NCBI GenBank assembly: GCA_022605425.2
Contig: JAKIMF020000001.1
Coordinates: 310,001-374,000 of the forward strand
Length of the DNA: 64,000 nucleotides
DNA from: Hamiltosporidium tvaerminnensis FI-OER-3-3
Lineage: Eukaryota > Fungi > Microsporidia
Direction of reading: 5' to 3'
Part shown: in pieces, positions 62,911 to 64,000 of the stretch
How positions within the stretch are numbered: the stretch's first letter is position 1
Layout of the letters: every line of letters starts with the position of its first letter
The notes under the pieces: model-generated
Told to the model about the DNA's origin: nothing
Database searches by the model: none
What the model saw: the letters and a program-made list of their open reading frames with translations, nothing else
Program-made: the position numbers and the translations under genes

Positions 62911-64000
62911 AATATAAAAAATTATACTTAGATATATACTATTAGATAAGTAAAACAATTTATTCTACTACACCTTCTTCTTTAAATGTATTTTAATTTA
63001 ATTTTAATTCCCTAAAAATTAAAATCTTATATTCCATCCTAATATAATTTTACATTAATTTAATTCATTCTAATAAATTTCTTATAAATTCAATCTTAAT
63101 TTTATTCGATGATTTAATTTTAATCTTATCTAATAAAATGATGCCTGTATGATCGTTTTGGCATTTTATTCGTATACCTTTGGTTCCTAATTTTTATTTA
63201 AAGTTCTAAATACTAACCAAGTAACTTAAAGATCAAAACAATAGAATTAAGTTTTTGTATTAAGAAGATTTTTCTAAATAAATATGATAACAGGTCTAAT
63301 CTTGAATTTTATTCCTAGTTTAAACTATATAAGAATAAATCTTAAACAAAAAAATTTCTTAATTTCATTTATATTAAATTAAAATAATAATTAAATGTAT
63401 AGAATGCTAGTATGAGATATATCTCCTATATAATATTATTCTTAACATCTAATTATGTTTTATTCCCGTATGATACCAAAAAATTCTGTTGCAAAGCTAG
63501 AATGGTTTACTAGTATTTCGCAATATATTTTGCTATTAATTTACTATGTTATCTTTGTTGCCTGATAGACATCGAACGATTGCATTTACATGTGTTTTTA
63601 ATCTATCAAAGATTTTGGCACGTATTGGAGTATAAATATAGCAGATTAAAACAAAATTTTCGGTTTATAAATTATACTATGATTGCTACTTAGTATAACA
63701 GATGTGTTATAGTGAGAAATCCGAAAAAAAATATTTTTTTGATAAAATATTTAAAATTTAATTCTAAAAGTCGGACTTATAATCTCATTCAGTAGCTAAA
63801 AATTTTAAAATATATAAATTCAAATAAAATGTAGGACTTAAATAATCTCATTTGCTTGCTGATAAGGGTAAAAAAATATCTACATACTAAAATAAAATGT
63901 AAAATTCTTTTTTAATTCTATTCTATCAGATATAAAGTACTATTAAGTTAAAATTTTTATTAAATTCCGTCTAATTCGAAAAGATATATAATTTTAGCTA

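Overview
Very AT-rich, gene-sparse eukaryotic DNA with no obvious introns and a CCC motif just upstream of most start codons. This fits a large-genome microsporidian; Hamiltosporidium-like is my inference, not a database result. Host genes: an LRR protein, a PA-TM-RING E3 ligase, a GATA factor, a GNAT acetyltransferase with a signal peptide, a long membrane-anchored Ser/Thr/Asn-rich protein, Rtf1, Nop9, RPA12, a sphingolipid delta-4 desaturase, a DusA-type tRNA dihydrouridine synthase, an ankyrin + anillin/Bud4-like PH protein and a membrane protein. Mobile DNA is abundant. It includes one intact R4/Dong-like (RT + restriction-like endonuclease) non-LTR retrotransposon with a 15-bp TSD, a truncated copy and older remnants, and seven copies of a ~230-290 bp solo-LTR-like repeat. 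There is also a hAT MITE, an RTE-derived short element, integrase relics and many minisatellites. Most notable: (1) the retrotransposon starts exactly at its ATG and sits against a host promoter motif; (2) tandem GATA-site arrays lie upstream of the GATA gene; (3) polarised TAACACCC/GGGTGTTA arrays bracket genes; (4) the six clear reading-frame breaks, in four host genes, are all +1. All calls are by eye from motifs; no searches were run.
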